Assembly: GCA_050950825.1 (NCBI GenBank)
Contig: JBMNIH010000006.1
Coordinates: forward strand, 274,144 to 338,143
DNA length: 64,000 nt
Reading direction: 5' to 3'
Source: Clostridia bacterium
GTDB lineage: Bacteria; Bacillota; Clostridia; JAAYHZ01
Every line of letters begins with the position of its first letter. Position 1 is the first letter of the stretch. Below, piece after piece: positions 1 to 9,432 of this stretch. The translations under genes were made by a program, and so were the position numbers. The notes beneath the pieces were generated by a model. That model had not been told where the DNA came from. It saw only the letters and a program-made list of their open reading frames with translations, and did no database searches.

Positions 1-163
1 GGATTCTTCGAAGCTCGTCGGGCATGATGATCGCATGTCCCATGTTTCCGTTTGCCACATGGCATGAGAACACTTCATGTCCTAACTTGGCATATTTCGC
101 CAAGGTTCCGCCGCAGCCGATTTCAATGTCATCGGGATGACAACCAATTGCTAAAACTCTCAT
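1..163 (-). CDS. PIG-L/LmbE family deacetylase, N-terminal part (runs off window start)
   Basis: Hand translation from ATG at 163: MRVLAIGCHPDDIEIGCGGTLAKYAKLGHEV..., with the HPDD Zn-deacetylase motif. Absent from the ORF track because it is truncated. Confidence 0.85.
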   Translation of the reverse strand, partial: MRVLAIGCHPDDIEIGCGGTLAKYAKLGHEVFSCHVANGNMGHAIIMPDELRRI

Positions 164-229
164 AACCTATTTCGCCATTTATATTGAAAATGGCAAAACC
201 TCCTTTCAAAGTGTTGTTGTATGTTTAAG

Positions 230-1504
230 TTATCGATCAATGACAAAAGCACCGTATCGGAAAGCCGTTTCGACCAAGTTCCGGTCTTTGTCGGTAATCA
301 CTCCGGCTCGACCGCGATACAAAGACAAAAGACGGTCCAATAAATCCTTCCGCTTCACATGAAAAACAAGGGGTTTATTCGAATATCCTTGATAGATATC
401 AAAAGAACGACACACTTGCTCGATGTTTAAGCTCTCTCCTCCCCGAAACAAAATAACGTCGGTATCTTCATCCCTTGCGTCCATCGCCAAGGTCATCAAA
501 TCGAAAAGATCTCCTTTTTCGAAGGTGTCGTCTACATTCAATTCGGTAAAGCTGCATTTTTCAAAATTATCGATCTTTACAACGGAGCTTAAAGACGCGA
601 TTTCGCAAGTTTCCGTATACACATTAACATACGGTTTTACGCCTTTAAATCTTTTCTTCAATTCCGCAACAAACGAAGGCGTGGTACCGCAGCATCCCCC
701 GATTAAGGAAGCTCCGTAAGGAAGGAATTCCTCGCAAAGTCGGGCGAACTCCTCCGGGGATTGATCATAAACCGCCCGGCCGTGTTCGTAACAGGGAATT
801 CCTGCATTGGGTTTTACGCTTAAAGGCCCTCCTGCTCGGTTCATTTCCTTTACGATATCAAGCATGTGACCGGGACCGAAGGAACAGTTGGTACCGACCA
901 GGTCGCAGCCTAAGGATTTGAGAATTAATGCCGCGGTATACGGGGATGTTCCCATTAAGGTTCTTTTGTTTTCCTCAAAAGCGACGCTTGCTATCACCGG
1001 CATGTCTTTTTTTACGTCTTTTAATGCAAGAACGGCGATGCGCAATTCGGCAACGTCGGTAAAGGTTTCGAAATTAACCGCATCGACACCTCCCTCTACG
1101 AGAGGGATCATTTGTTCTTTGAACAATTCGTAAGCTTCGTCATGGGTCAAATCTCCGGAGGGCGTCATCATTCGTCCGATGGGGCCCACGGAAGCGGCCA
1201 CATAACCGTCTTTCCCCATGACCTCCTTCGCCGTTTTTGCCGCCGTATAATTAATTTCGTATACTTGATCGGCATACCCGTGCTTCATCAGATGATACCG
1301 CGTGCCTTGGAAGGTGTTCGTTTGAATAACGTCGCTTCCCGCTTCTTTATATTTTCGATACAGCTCTCTTACCGTCCGGCTTTGGGTTATGTTCCAAACT
1401 TCGGCACTTTCACCGCCGGATAATCCTTCTTGCTGAAGCATATATCCTTTCGAGCCGTCGAAGGTAAGAACGTTCTCTTTTATTTTGTCTATAAAGCTTT
1501 CCAT
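230..1504 (-). CDS. Homocysteine S-methyltransferase family protein (stand-alone MetH N-terminal-like domain)
   Basis: DGSKG, AGSDVIQTNTF, ETF, GTNC, PNAG and GGCCGT (Zn-binding Cys) motifs; divergent C-terminal tail. Confidence 0.88.
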   Translation of the reverse strand: MESFIDKIKENVLTFDGSKGYMLQQEGLSGGESAEVWNITQSRTVRELYRKYKEAGSDVIQTNTFQGTRYHLMKHGYADQVYEINYTAAKTAKEVMGKDGYVAASVGPIGRMMTPSGDLTHDEAYELFKEQMIPLVEGGVDAVNFETFTDVAELRIAVLALKDVKKDMPVIASVAFEENKRTLMGTSPYTAALILKSLGCDLVGTNCSFGPGHMLDIVKEMNRAGGPLSVKPNAGIPCYEHGRAVYDQSPEEFARLCEEFLPYGASLIGGCCGTTPSFVAELKKRFKGVKPYVNVYTETCEIASLSSVVKIDNFEKCSFTELNVDDTFEKGDLFDLMTLAMDARDEDTDVILFRGGESLNIEQVCRSFDIYQGYSNKPLVFHVKRKDLLDRLLSLYRGRAGVITDKDRNLVETAFRYGAFVIDR

Positions 1505-1632
1505 GGTAATATCGTGTAACCCTTTTCTTTATTAAAAATATGTTCCGTATCCATTATATCATAGATTTGAAGATAAAAGATGTACAAGTTACCGATATTG
1601 GATGAAGGGTATGCGAAAGGTTGCGGCAGCAT

Positions 1633-1660
1633 AAAAAACTCCTCTCGATAGAGAGGAGCT
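1633..1660 (-). terminator. Intrinsic terminator after the LysM gene
   Basis: Minus strand AGCTCCTCTC-TATC-GAGAGGAG-TTTTTT. Confidence 0.8.
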
Positions 1661-1723
1661 CGAATTCTTTTGTCTTTTTGGCATTTGAATCATTTTTACC
1701 AAGGGATAACGAGGGGAAAAGAT

Positions 1724-2032
1724 TCAGCCGGTCACCGGAATTAACAAAACGTCTCCTTCGAAAATATCCGCCGAAGCCATGTTGTTAACTTTCATCAGCT
1801 TGTAAATGTACCGCCTGATCTCCGTATTTTCTCGATATTTCGATGCAATATCCCATAAGGTATCACCCGAATCGACGGTGTACCTTATATACGTTTCTTC
1901 TTTCTCGTATCCGGAAGAACCGATTACCTTCGTTGAGAAGAATACGAAAAAGATCAATCCGACCATGAGGAGTATGAAAACGAAAAATCTGCCCTTATGA
2001 ACCAAAACATATTTCCTTCCGTTAATCACCAT
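1724..2032 (-). CDS. yneA: YneA-like SOS cell-division inhibitor (TM helix + LysM)
   Basis: N-terminal hydrophobic helix, LysM motif YTVDSGDTLWDIA...N......IFEGDVLLIP; divergent from lexA as in other Bacillota. Confidence 0.7.
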   Translation of the reverse strand: MVINGRKYVLVHKGRFFVFILLMVGLIFFVFFSTKVIGSSGYEKEETYIRYTVDSGDTLWDIASKYRENTEIRRYIYKLMKVNNMASADIFEGDVLLIPVTG

Positions 2033-2134
2033 CGTCGTTTTCCGCCGTCTTTTACAATCGCCTTCGAAGGACGGCTCTCCTTCCGTGAAAGTTGAACGAA
2101 TGCCGGTTTGACAAATGTATGTTTGCTACCGTAT

Positions 2135-2146
2135 AAACGTTCGTTC
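2135..2146. promoter_or_regulatory. SOS (LexA) box near the yneA-like transcription start
   Basis: Minus strand GAAC-gaac-GTTT, matching the Bacillota GAAC-N4-GTTY consensus. Confidence 0.7.
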
Positions 2147-2153
2147 TGTTCTA

Positions 2154-2182
2154 ATAATAAAACAAAGATTTGTTTTTGTCAA
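2154..2182 (-). promoter_or_regulatory. Sigma-A promoter of yneA-like gene
   Basis: TTGACA (2182-2177), 17 nt, TATTAT (2159-2154). Confidence 0.65.
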
Positions 2183-2190
2183 ATGTTTTC

Positions 2191-2230
2191 GAACAAAAGT
2201 TTTGACTTAAAATGGTACACATGTTATAAT
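2191..2230 (+). promoter_or_regulatory. lexA sigma-A promoter with abutting SOS box
   Basis: GAAC-aaaa-GTTT at 2191-2202 touching TTGACT (2202-2207), 17 nt spacer with TGn, TATAAT (2225-2230). Confidence 0.85.
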
Positions 2231-2266
2231 GAATTCAGGATATGAAAAATAAGTGATGGTGAGCCT

Positions 2267-2897
2267 ATGGAAAAGCAATTAAACGATAAGCAGAAGAAAA
2301 TATTGGAGCTTATTAATCGTCAAGTGAAAGAAAGAGGATACCCTCCCCTCGGTTCGAGAAATTTGCAGAGAATTAAGATACAAATCCACATCGACTGTCC
2401 ATGCTCATTTAAAAAAGCTTGAAGACGAAGGATTGTTGCAAAAAGCACCCGGAACTCCGAGAGGGTTAAAAGTTGTCGGTTCCCAAGTTCAAGATACGGA
2501 CAAGCCCACTGTCAGAACCGTTGAAATTCCCGTCATTGGTAAAGTAACCGCCGGCAAGCCGATTTTGGCCGTAGAAAATGTGGAGGAATATTTTCCCGTA
2601 CCGGAGGAGCTCACGGATTCTTCTACATTATTTATGCTGAAGGTATCGGGAGAAAGCATGATCGAAGCCGGTATATTTGACGGAGATTTGGTTATTGTAA
2701 AGCAGCAAAGCACAGCCTTAAACGGAGACAAGATCGTAGCATTGATTAACCAAGAAGCCACCGTAAAAACCTTTTACAAAGAAAAAGACCGTATTCGTCT
2801 TCAACCGGAGAACAAGTATATGGATCCCATTTATGTAGATCCTTCGGATTCCTTCGCCATATTGGGAAAAGTCATCGGATTATTCCGCCGCATGTAA
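2267..2897 (+). pseudogene. lexA: LexA repressor with +1 frameshift at the C run 2345-2348 (real lesion or sequencing error)
   Basis: ATG 2267 reads MEKQLNDKQKKILELINRQVKERGYPP; SVREICRELRYKSTSTVHAHL continues in another frame; C-terminal domain has VTAG cleavage site, GESM Ser and ATVK Lys. Confidence 0.9.
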
Positions 2898-2910
2898 TAA
2901 TAAAGAATGC

Positions 2911-2939
2911 AAAAAAAGCCGGTTTCCGCCGGCTTTTTT
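2911..2939. terminator. Bidirectional terminator between lexA and hfq
   Basis: AAAAAAAGCCGG-tttccg-CCGGCTTTTTT. Confidence 0.85.
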
Positions 2940-2972
2940 CTCGGTTATAAACAAATTCTCCGAACCGTATCT

Positions 2973-3221
2973 TTATCCTTGTTGGTAATCGTTGTTGAAT
3001 ATAAAGTTTACGGCTTTTAGCGGAGAAATGGTAGAAATCGCATGTTTATAGACCAGTTGTTGCCTGCCGTCCGTTTCCACGACGACGGTGAAATTGTCGA
3101 ATCCTCTGACCGTCCCCTTCAACTGGAACCCGTTCGTCAAAAACAAGGTCACGGGAATTCTCTCTTTTCTCACCTGGTTTAAAAAGACATCCTGCAGATT
3201 AATATTACTCTTGCCGTTCAT
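2973..3221 (-). CDS. hfq: RNA chaperone Hfq
   Basis: [30 protein letters not shown] Sm motifs. Confidence 0.97.
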   Translation of the reverse strand: MNGKSNINLQDVFLNQVRKERIPVTLFLTNGFQLKGTVRGFDNFTVVVETDGRQQLVYKHAISTISPLKAVNFIFNNDYQQG

Positions 3222-3387
3222 TATAATCCTCCTAAATCAACAAAATATGAAATAAAATAACCCGGCATTGTTCTGCCGCCATTACACATCACATTTAAAT
3301 ATTACTATGCATAAACTTTTTTTACAACTATAATATACAAAAAAAGGCTTATTTCATGCAAATTATTCTAATTTCTATTTGAAATTT

Positions 3388-4308
3388 TTATTTTTCATAA
3401 TCGTTTAATACGACTTCTATGGCGGCCGGAACCGTCAATTTGTCCATATCCAATATTTTCACATTTTGAATGTTCTTCATCCAAGTGATTTGGCGTTTGG
3501 CGTATCTTCTCGTTTCCCGCTTAATGATATCCAATGTTTCCGAATAGGTACACAGTCCTTTGAAATAATTGAAAAATTCTTTGTATCCGATTCCCTGCAG
3601 ACAGGTATTCGACTTCGGAAGATTCATTTGATAAAGCGCGTACGCTTCTTTTTCCAACCCCGCTTTGATCATTTCGTCCACCCTGTCGTCGATTCTTTTG
3701 TACAAACGAGACCTGTTCATGTGCAGCATGAATACACGGTAATCGTATTTCGGTCCTTTTACGGCTTCCTTACTCTTTTGGGAAAAAGGCACGTTGTGTT
3801 GAAGATATACCTCCAAAGCGCGAATCAACCGTTTGGTATTGTTCACGTGTATTTTGGAAGCGGCTTCCGGATCCACTTTTTTCAGCTTTTCATACAGAAC
3901 ATGGTTGCCTTCCTTCCGTGCTTGTTCTTCCAAATTCTTTCGTATATCGCCGCCTTCTTCCGTCTCGCTAAAATCAATATTATACACCAACGCGTTGATA
4001 TACAATCCGGTCCCTCCGGCAATGATCGGCCTTTTGTTACGAGCCAATATATTTTCGATACAATCTTCCGCATCCTTTTTGTAATCCGCCACGCTGTAAT
4101 TTTCTCTTGGATCCAATCGGTCGATCATGTGATGGGGAATTTCCGCCGTTTCTTGAAGAGTAGGCTTGGCCGTACCGATATCCATGCCCTTGTAAATTTG
4201 CATGGAATCGGCGGAGACTATTTCCCCGTCAATATGTTTTGCCAGTTCAACGGCCAAAGCGGTTTTACCGCTTGCCGTAGGTCCGGTGATCACTATGATT
4301 TTTTCCAA
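3388..4308 (-). CDS. miaA: tRNA dimethylallyltransferase
   Basis: GPTASGKT, DSMQIY, GGTGLY, RRYAKRQ. Confidence 0.97.
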   Translation of the reverse strand: MEKIIVITGPTASGKTALAVELAKHIDGEIVSADSMQIYKGMDIGTAKPTLQETAEIPHHMIDRLDPRENYSVADYKKDAEDCIENILARNKRPIIAGGTGLYINALVYNIDFSETEEGGDIRKNLEEQARKEGNHVLYEKLKKVDPEAASKIHVNNTKRLIRALEVYLQHNVPFSQKSKEAVKGPKYDYRVFMLHMNRSRLYKRIDDRVDEMIKAGLEKEAYALYQMNLPKSNTCLQGIGYKEFFNYFKGLCTYSETLDIIKRETRRYAKRQITWMKNIQNVKILDMDKLTVPAAIEVVLNDYEK

Positions 4309-4320
4309 ATCTTCACCTTC

Positions 4321-6321
4321 CTAGACGATTCTTTTAAACATTTTTTCAAATTCTTTTTTCGGAACGATTATGTAAACCGGTCGTCCGTGAGGACAGGTAT
4401 CCGGATTTTCAAGCTTGATCAAACTGCTCACAAGAGACTTGATTTCGGGCTCTTTCAGCTCTTTATTGGCCTTTACCGCCGCTTTGCACGCCATATCGTA
4501 TATTAATTCTTCTTTCAATGCAAGACGGTTCATTCCTTTGGATTTATCCAATATGTTAATGGCATCAATAAACAGATCCTTCGGTGGCACATTGCCCGCG
4601 GCATAAGGAATCTCCCTCAATATCACCGTCTTGGCCCCGAACTCCTCGAACAAATAGCCTGCGGCGTTCAGCTCTTCCTTATACTCCTCTATAAGGTTCA
4701 TATCCTCATCCGTCAAATCAAGAGTCAGGGGTTTTAACAGAATTTGTCCGGCTGCTTTGTCGCCTGCTCGTATACGCTCCATAAGCCTTTCGTACAGAAT
4801 CTTTTCATGAGCCGCATGTTGGTCTATGATATATAAATTATCTCCTTGTTGCACGAATATATACGTATCAAAGGCTGTGCCCGCGATTTTATACCCGAAC
4901 ACCAGTGTCCTTATTCCGGTGAGCTCTTTTGGCTCCTCTTTTTCGGGAAGGTTTTTTTGAACCGTTTTTTCCGTCTTGTATAAAGACGGCACCTCTTCGG
5001 TTTTCGGTATATCCGAGACCCCTTCTTTTTTATAGGGTTCGAACTTTTGTTCTTCTTTTTTTTCTTCCCGGTTCAAAGTATCCTGTTTTCGTTGAATCGG
5101 AATGAAAGCTTCCGAGCTTTTATCTTCTTCCTCTTTTTGCTTCTTTTCTTCGACAGGAAAAAGAGCTTTTCCTTGCTTGGGTTCCGGAATTTCGGGAAGC
5201 TTTTCAAAAAACTCTTTTTCTTTCGGGTGATCTTTCGGTACGATCTCGCTTTGCCGTACCGGGGGCGCAGGTTTTCTTACGGCCTCCTTTTTAATAAACT
5301 CGGAGATCGACGTTCCCAGGTCAAGCCCATGAGTTTTCGACATTAATGCGTTGTTAACCGCATGGTATACGGTTCGGAAAAGGGCTTGTTCGTCCGAAAA
5401 CCGAACCTCCGTTTTCGCCGGATGGACATTTACATCCACCAGCTCCACGTTGATCTCCAAATTCAAAACCGCAAAAGGATAACGGTTTTTCATCAGCACG
5501 GTTTTGTATGCCTGCTCCAAGGCCGATGTAAAAATTTTGCTTTTTACATACCTTCCGTTCACGAAAAAAGACTGTCGGTTGCGGTTTCCTGCAGCGATAT
5601 GCTCTTTACCGACAAATCCCGTTATTTTTGCATACTCGTCTTTATACGATACCGGGAGCAAGGCGTCGGCGATTTCTTTTCCGTATACGGCGAAAATAAC
5701 GCTTTTTTGGTTGTTATCTCCGGGAGTTCGAAACATTTCTTTCCCGGATTCGATGTATGTAAAGGAAATATCCGGACGAGCCAGTGCGATTCGGGTCAAA
5801 ATATCATGGATATACCGGCTTTCGGTGGAATCGGATCGTAAGAATTTATACCGCGCCGGCGTATTGTAAAACAAATTCCGTACGGTAACCGTGGTCCCTA
5901 CAGGGCAGCCGGCATCGCCGTGTTCCATGATTTTCCCGCCTTGTACGCGGATCACGGAACCGGTTGCATCGGCCTTATTGTATGTCGTCAGCACCGTGTC
6001 GGAAACGGCCGCGATACTCGGCAGCGCCTCGCCTCGAAAGCCTAAGGTTACGATGGTGTGGATATCTTCCGCGGTACGGATTTTTCCCGTACCGTGTCTT
6101 TCAAACGCCAAAGCCACGTCGTCCTTCAGGATTCCGGAGCCGTTGTCCGTAACCCGCATGAAGGATATGCCTCCGTTTTCGATTTCAACGGTTATTTTTG
6201 TGCTCCCGGCGTCGATGGAGTTTTCCACCAACTCTTTTATAACCGAAGCCGGCCGTTCGATCACCTCTCCCGCCGCTATTTTGTTCGCCGTATTCTCATC
6301 CAGTATGATTATATTCCCCAT
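4321..6321 (-). CDS. mutL: DNA mismatch repair endonuclease MutL
   Basis: IAAGEVIERP, GFRGEAL, DQHAAHE, ACK, CPHGRP. Confidence 0.98.
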   Translation of the reverse strand: MGNIIILDENTANKIAAGEVIERPASVIKELVENSIDAGSTKITVEIENGGISFMRVTDNGSGILKDDVALAFERHGTGKIRTAEDIHTIVTLGFRGEALPSIAAVSDTVLTTYNKADATGSVIRVQGGKIMEHGDAGCPVGTTVTVRNLFYNTPARYKFLRSDSTESRYIHDILTRIALARPDISFTYIESGKEMFRTPGDNNQKSVIFAVYGKEIADALLPVSYKDEYAKITGFVGKEHIAAGNRNRQSFFVNGRYVKSKIFTSALEQAYKTVLMKNRYPFAVLNLEINVELVDVNVHPAKTEVRFSDEQALFRTVYHAVNNALMSKTHGLDLGTSISEFIKKEAVRKPAPPVRQSEIVPKDHPKEKEFFEKLPEIPEPKQGKALFPVEEKKQKEEEDKSSEAFIPIQRKQDTLNREEKKEEQKFEPYKKEGVSDIPKTEEVPSLYKTEKTVQKNLPEKEEPKELTGIRTLVFGYKIAGTAFDTYIFVQQGDNLYIIDQHAAHEKILYERLMERIRAGDKAAGQILLKPLTLDLTDEDMNLIEEYKEELNAAGYLFEEFGAKTVILREIPYAAGNVPPKDLFIDAINILDKSKGMNRLALKEELIYDMACKAAVKANKELKEPEIKSLVSSLIKLENPDTCPHGRPVYIIVPKKEFEKMFKRIV

Positions 6322-6348
6322 AACCTACTCCGTCTTTTTTTACGCTTT

Positions 6349-8964
6349 TTACGTTTGCTTTGCGGATGTACTCAGCTCAAACAAAAGATTCAAAGCTTCC
6401 AATGGCGTCATATTCTGAACATCCGTTTCTCTTAATTTCTTCAGTATCAGCTCCGTATTTCTGCTTCTATTGTTATAAGCAAGGATGTCCATCTGGCCTT
6501 CAATGGGTTTTGAGTCTTTTTTTGTGCGCAATCGTTTTTTATACATATTGGCATTTTCCAGCTCGGCCAATATTTCTTTGGCTCTCGAAATAACCAAATG
6601 GGGAATCCCCGCCAGCCTTGCCACTTGGATGCCGTAGCTTTCGTCGGCTCCCCCTCTTTCGATTTTACGTAAGAAAACGATGTCATCTCCCTGTTCCCGA
6701 GCGGTTACCCTGTAATTCTTGATCCCTTCGTTTCTGTCCTCAAGGTCCGTTAATTCATGATAATGAGTAGCGAACAAGGTTCGGCATCCTAAGAATTCTT
6801 TGTCGTTTATGTACTCAACCACCGCCCAAGCGATGCTTAACCCGTCAAAGGTACTGGTTCCGCGACCTACCTCATCCAAGATTAAAAGGCTTTTGGGAGT
6901 GGCGTTTTTGATGATGTTGGCCATTTCCACCATCTCCACCATAAAGGTACTCTGTCCCATTCCCAAATTGTCCGACGCACCGACTCGAGTAAAAATCTTA
7001 TCCACGATACCGATTTTACCGTAGGATGCCGGAATGAAGCTTCCCATTTGGGCTAAAATCACCGTTATGGCTACTTGCCTTAAGTAAGTGGATTTACCCG
7101 CCATGTTGGGGCCCGTAATAATGTTCAGACGATTATCGCCGGTATCCAAAAGGGTATCGTTAGGAACAAAAGGCGTATCCTTCATCGTTTTCTCTACCAC
7201 CGGGTGCCTTCCATCCTTGATGATGATCTCGTCGCCTTCGTACACCTCCGGCTTGCAGTAGTTCTCACGGTCGGCGGTCTCCGCCAAAGACGCCAAGGCA
7301 TCCAACATGGCCAGCATCTTGGATGTTTCTTTGATCCTTTTGACGGCATCCACCACCTTTTGCCGTATTTCTTGGAACAGCTCGTATTCCAGTTCCTTTA
7401 AATGCTCCTCCGCTCCCGTTACTTCCTCTTCCATTTCTTTGAGCTCTTGGGTTATGTATCGTTCGCAGTTCACCAAGGTCTGTTTTCGGATATAGCGGTC
7501 CGGTACGAATTTGATATTGGATTTGGATACTTCGATGTAATATCCGAAAACCTTGTTGTATCCGATTTTCAAGTTCTTAATACCCGTTTTTTCCCGCTCT
7601 TGTTCTTGCAAATCCGCAATCCACTTTTTGCCGTTGGAAGACGCATCTCGGAGCTTGTCCACCTTTTCGTGGTAACCGTCCTTAATGATTCCCCCTTCCG
7701 TTATGGTTACGGGAGGCTGTTCGTTAATGGACCGATCCAGCAAGTCGTACAAATCCTCCAAAGTATCGATACGGCTTCGTATGGATTGTAGAAAAGGATC
7801 GTCAAAATCCTTCATGGTTTCCGCAATAGCCGGCAAAGGACCGAAGGAATTTTTCAACGACAAAAGATCCCGGCAGTTGACGGAGCCTAATACGGCTTTC
7901 GACGTAATACGTTCCATATCGTACACACCGGACAACAATTCTCGGATTTCGGCTCTTCTTATAAAATTATCCTTAAAGCATTGGACGGCATTCTGACGTT
8001 CCGTAATGGACAGAACATCCGTCAAAGGCTGCTCCAACCAGCTTCGAAGCATACGTCCTCCCATGGCCGTCACCGTTCGATCGATAACCCATAACAAGGA
8101 ACCGGTCTTTTTTCTTTCCAAAAGAGTTTCCGTAAGCTCCAAATTCCTTCGGGCCACAACATCCATCCCCATGAACCCTTCGTATTCATAGAGGTTTAAT
8201 TGATCGATGTGCTTAGGGAAAACCTTTTGCAGCCGGTCCAAATACAAAAGCAGTGCCCCGGCCGCGTTAGCGCCGATATGGTACGAGGATAAATCGTCGG
8301 ATACGTTCTTAAACTGCTCCTTTAAGCGGGTTATGGCATTTTCACGGGAAAATAAGGAGTCTTCCACCTTATAAACATAAGAACCGCTTACCTTTTGTAA
8401 TTGATCCTTTAAAAATTCGGCTTCGGAATTGACGATGACCTCCACCGGCATGAACCTTGCCGCTTCGTTTATAACCTTGTCCTTGGTAGCGCCTAAAACG
8501 ATTTGGGTGCTGTAGCATTCTCCCGTACCGGTATCTACGGTACAAAGTCCGTAGCAAGCCCCTTGCTTGTAAATGGCCATCATGTATCGATTGGTCTTGT
8601 CTTCCAATACGTTAAGGTCGGTGATGGTTCCCGGAGTAATGACTCGAATAACGTCTCGGTCTACGATACCGACGGCTTTTTTCGGATCCTCCGTCTGTTC
8701 GCAGATGGCCACCTTATAGCCCTTTTCCACCAATCTGGCTATGTAAGAATCGGCCGAATGAAAGGGTACGCCGCACATAGGCGCCCTCTCCTCGAATCCG
8801 CAATTTCTTCCGGTTAAGGTGATCTCCAATTCCTTCGACGCAACGATGGCATCGTCGAAAAACATTTCATAAAAATCGCCTAAACGGAAAAATAAAATAC
8901 AGTCCTTGTATTTTTCTTTGATCTGTTTATACTGCACCATCATCGGTGTAAGCTTCGATTCCAT
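6349..8964 (-). CDS. mutS: DNA mismatch repair protein MutS
   Basis: GDFYEMF, TGPNMAGKST, DEVGRGTST, FATHYHEL. Confidence 0.98.
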   Translation of the reverse strand: MESKLTPMMVQYKQIKEKYKDCILFFRLGDFYEMFFDDAIVASKELEITLTGRNCGFEERAPMCGVPFHSADSYIARLVEKGYKVAICEQTEDPKKAVGIVDRDVIRVITPGTITDLNVLEDKTNRYMMAIYKQGACYGLCTVDTGTGECYSTQIVLGATKDKVINEAARFMPVEVIVNSEAEFLKDQLQKVSGSYVYKVEDSLFSRENAITRLKEQFKNVSDDLSSYHIGANAAGALLLYLDRLQKVFPKHIDQLNLYEYEGFMGMDVVARRNLELTETLLERKKTGSLLWVIDRTVTAMGGRMLRSWLEQPLTDVLSITERQNAVQCFKDNFIRRAEIRELLSGVYDMERITSKAVLGSVNCRDLLSLKNSFGPLPAIAETMKDFDDPFLQSIRSRIDTLEDLYDLLDRSINEQPPVTITEGGIIKDGYHEKVDKLRDASSNGKKWIADLQEQEREKTGIKNLKIGYNKVFGYYIEVSKSNIKFVPDRYIRKQTLVNCERYITQELKEMEEEVTGAEEHLKELEYELFQEIRQKVVDAVKRIKETSKMLAMLDALASLAETADRENYCKPEVYEGDEIIIKDGRHPVVEKTMKDTPFVPNDTLLDTGDNRLNIITGPNMAGKSTYLRQVAITVILAQMGSFIPASYGKIGIVDKIFTRVGASDNLGMGQSTFMVEMVEMANIIKNATPKSLLILDEVGRGTSTFDGLSIAWAVVEYINDKEFLGCRTLFATHYHELTDLEDRNEGIKNYRVTAREQGDDIVFLRKIERGGADESYGIQVARLAGIPHLVISRAKEILAELENANMYKKRLRTKKDSKPIEGQMDILAYNNRSRNTELILKKLRETDVQNMTPLEALNLLFELSTSAKQT

Positions 8965-9003
8965 GAAACCCCCTTACGTTTTTCCCTTTTCCCTATCCGT
9001 ATT

Positions 9004-9399
9004 CTATTTACCGCAGCCCTTGCAGCCTCCGCATCCGCCGCTTTTGCAGTCTTTTTGAGGCTCTCCGGTAATTCCTTCTAAAATCTTGTTGTTGACTTCT
9101 TTCATAAATGCGTCAAACTCATCCTTTGCTTTGAAGAACATACCGGTAGGACGATATTCTTGGATTTCTTCTTTTTTCATTTCGATTAAATGTACCAAGC
9201 TTTCCAAAACGTCCTCGCCCAATTTATCCTTCTTGGCATTAAGGTACTCTCTTTGCAATATTCGAAGATCGTTCAAAAGCTGCAGTCCTTCTTCGTCATG
9301 CATGGCCAGTTCTTCGCATTCTTTTAAGGTGATGTATTGCTCGCTCATGCCGATTAGCTTTCCCAAATCCAATGCCGCTTTCATGATTTCCTCGTCCAT
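9004..9399 (-). CDS. YlbF/YmcA (Ric) family regulator
   Basis: Small helical protein with C-terminal CKSGGCGGCKGC; usual position between miaB and mutS. Confidence 0.7.
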   Translation of the reverse strand: MDEEIMKAALDLGKLIGMSEQYITLKECEELAMHDEEGLQLLNDLRILQREYLNAKKDKLGEDVLESLVHLIEMKKEEIQEYRPTGMFFKAKDEFDAFMKEVNNKILEGITGEPQKDCKSGGCGGCKGCGK

Positions 9400-9432
9400 C
9401 GGTTCTTCACCTCCCTCCTTTTTACGGTCCTT

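Noticed and set aside
2433-2897. 154-aa ORF as a stand-alone S24 peptidase (UmuD-like)
   Set aside because: It is the distal part of frameshifted lexA; the HTH half lies directly upstream
3466-4506. 346-aa plus-strand ORF opposite miaA/mutL, and many similar antisense ORFs (e.g. 9086-9745, 11054-11764, 13427-14152)
   Set aside because: Fully overlap confident genes on the other strand, no recognisable motifs; expected shadow frames from codon bias
4900-5330. Low-complexity Lys/Glu/Pro-rich stretch in mutL
   Set aside because: Normal variable linker between the MutL ATPase and endonuclease domains
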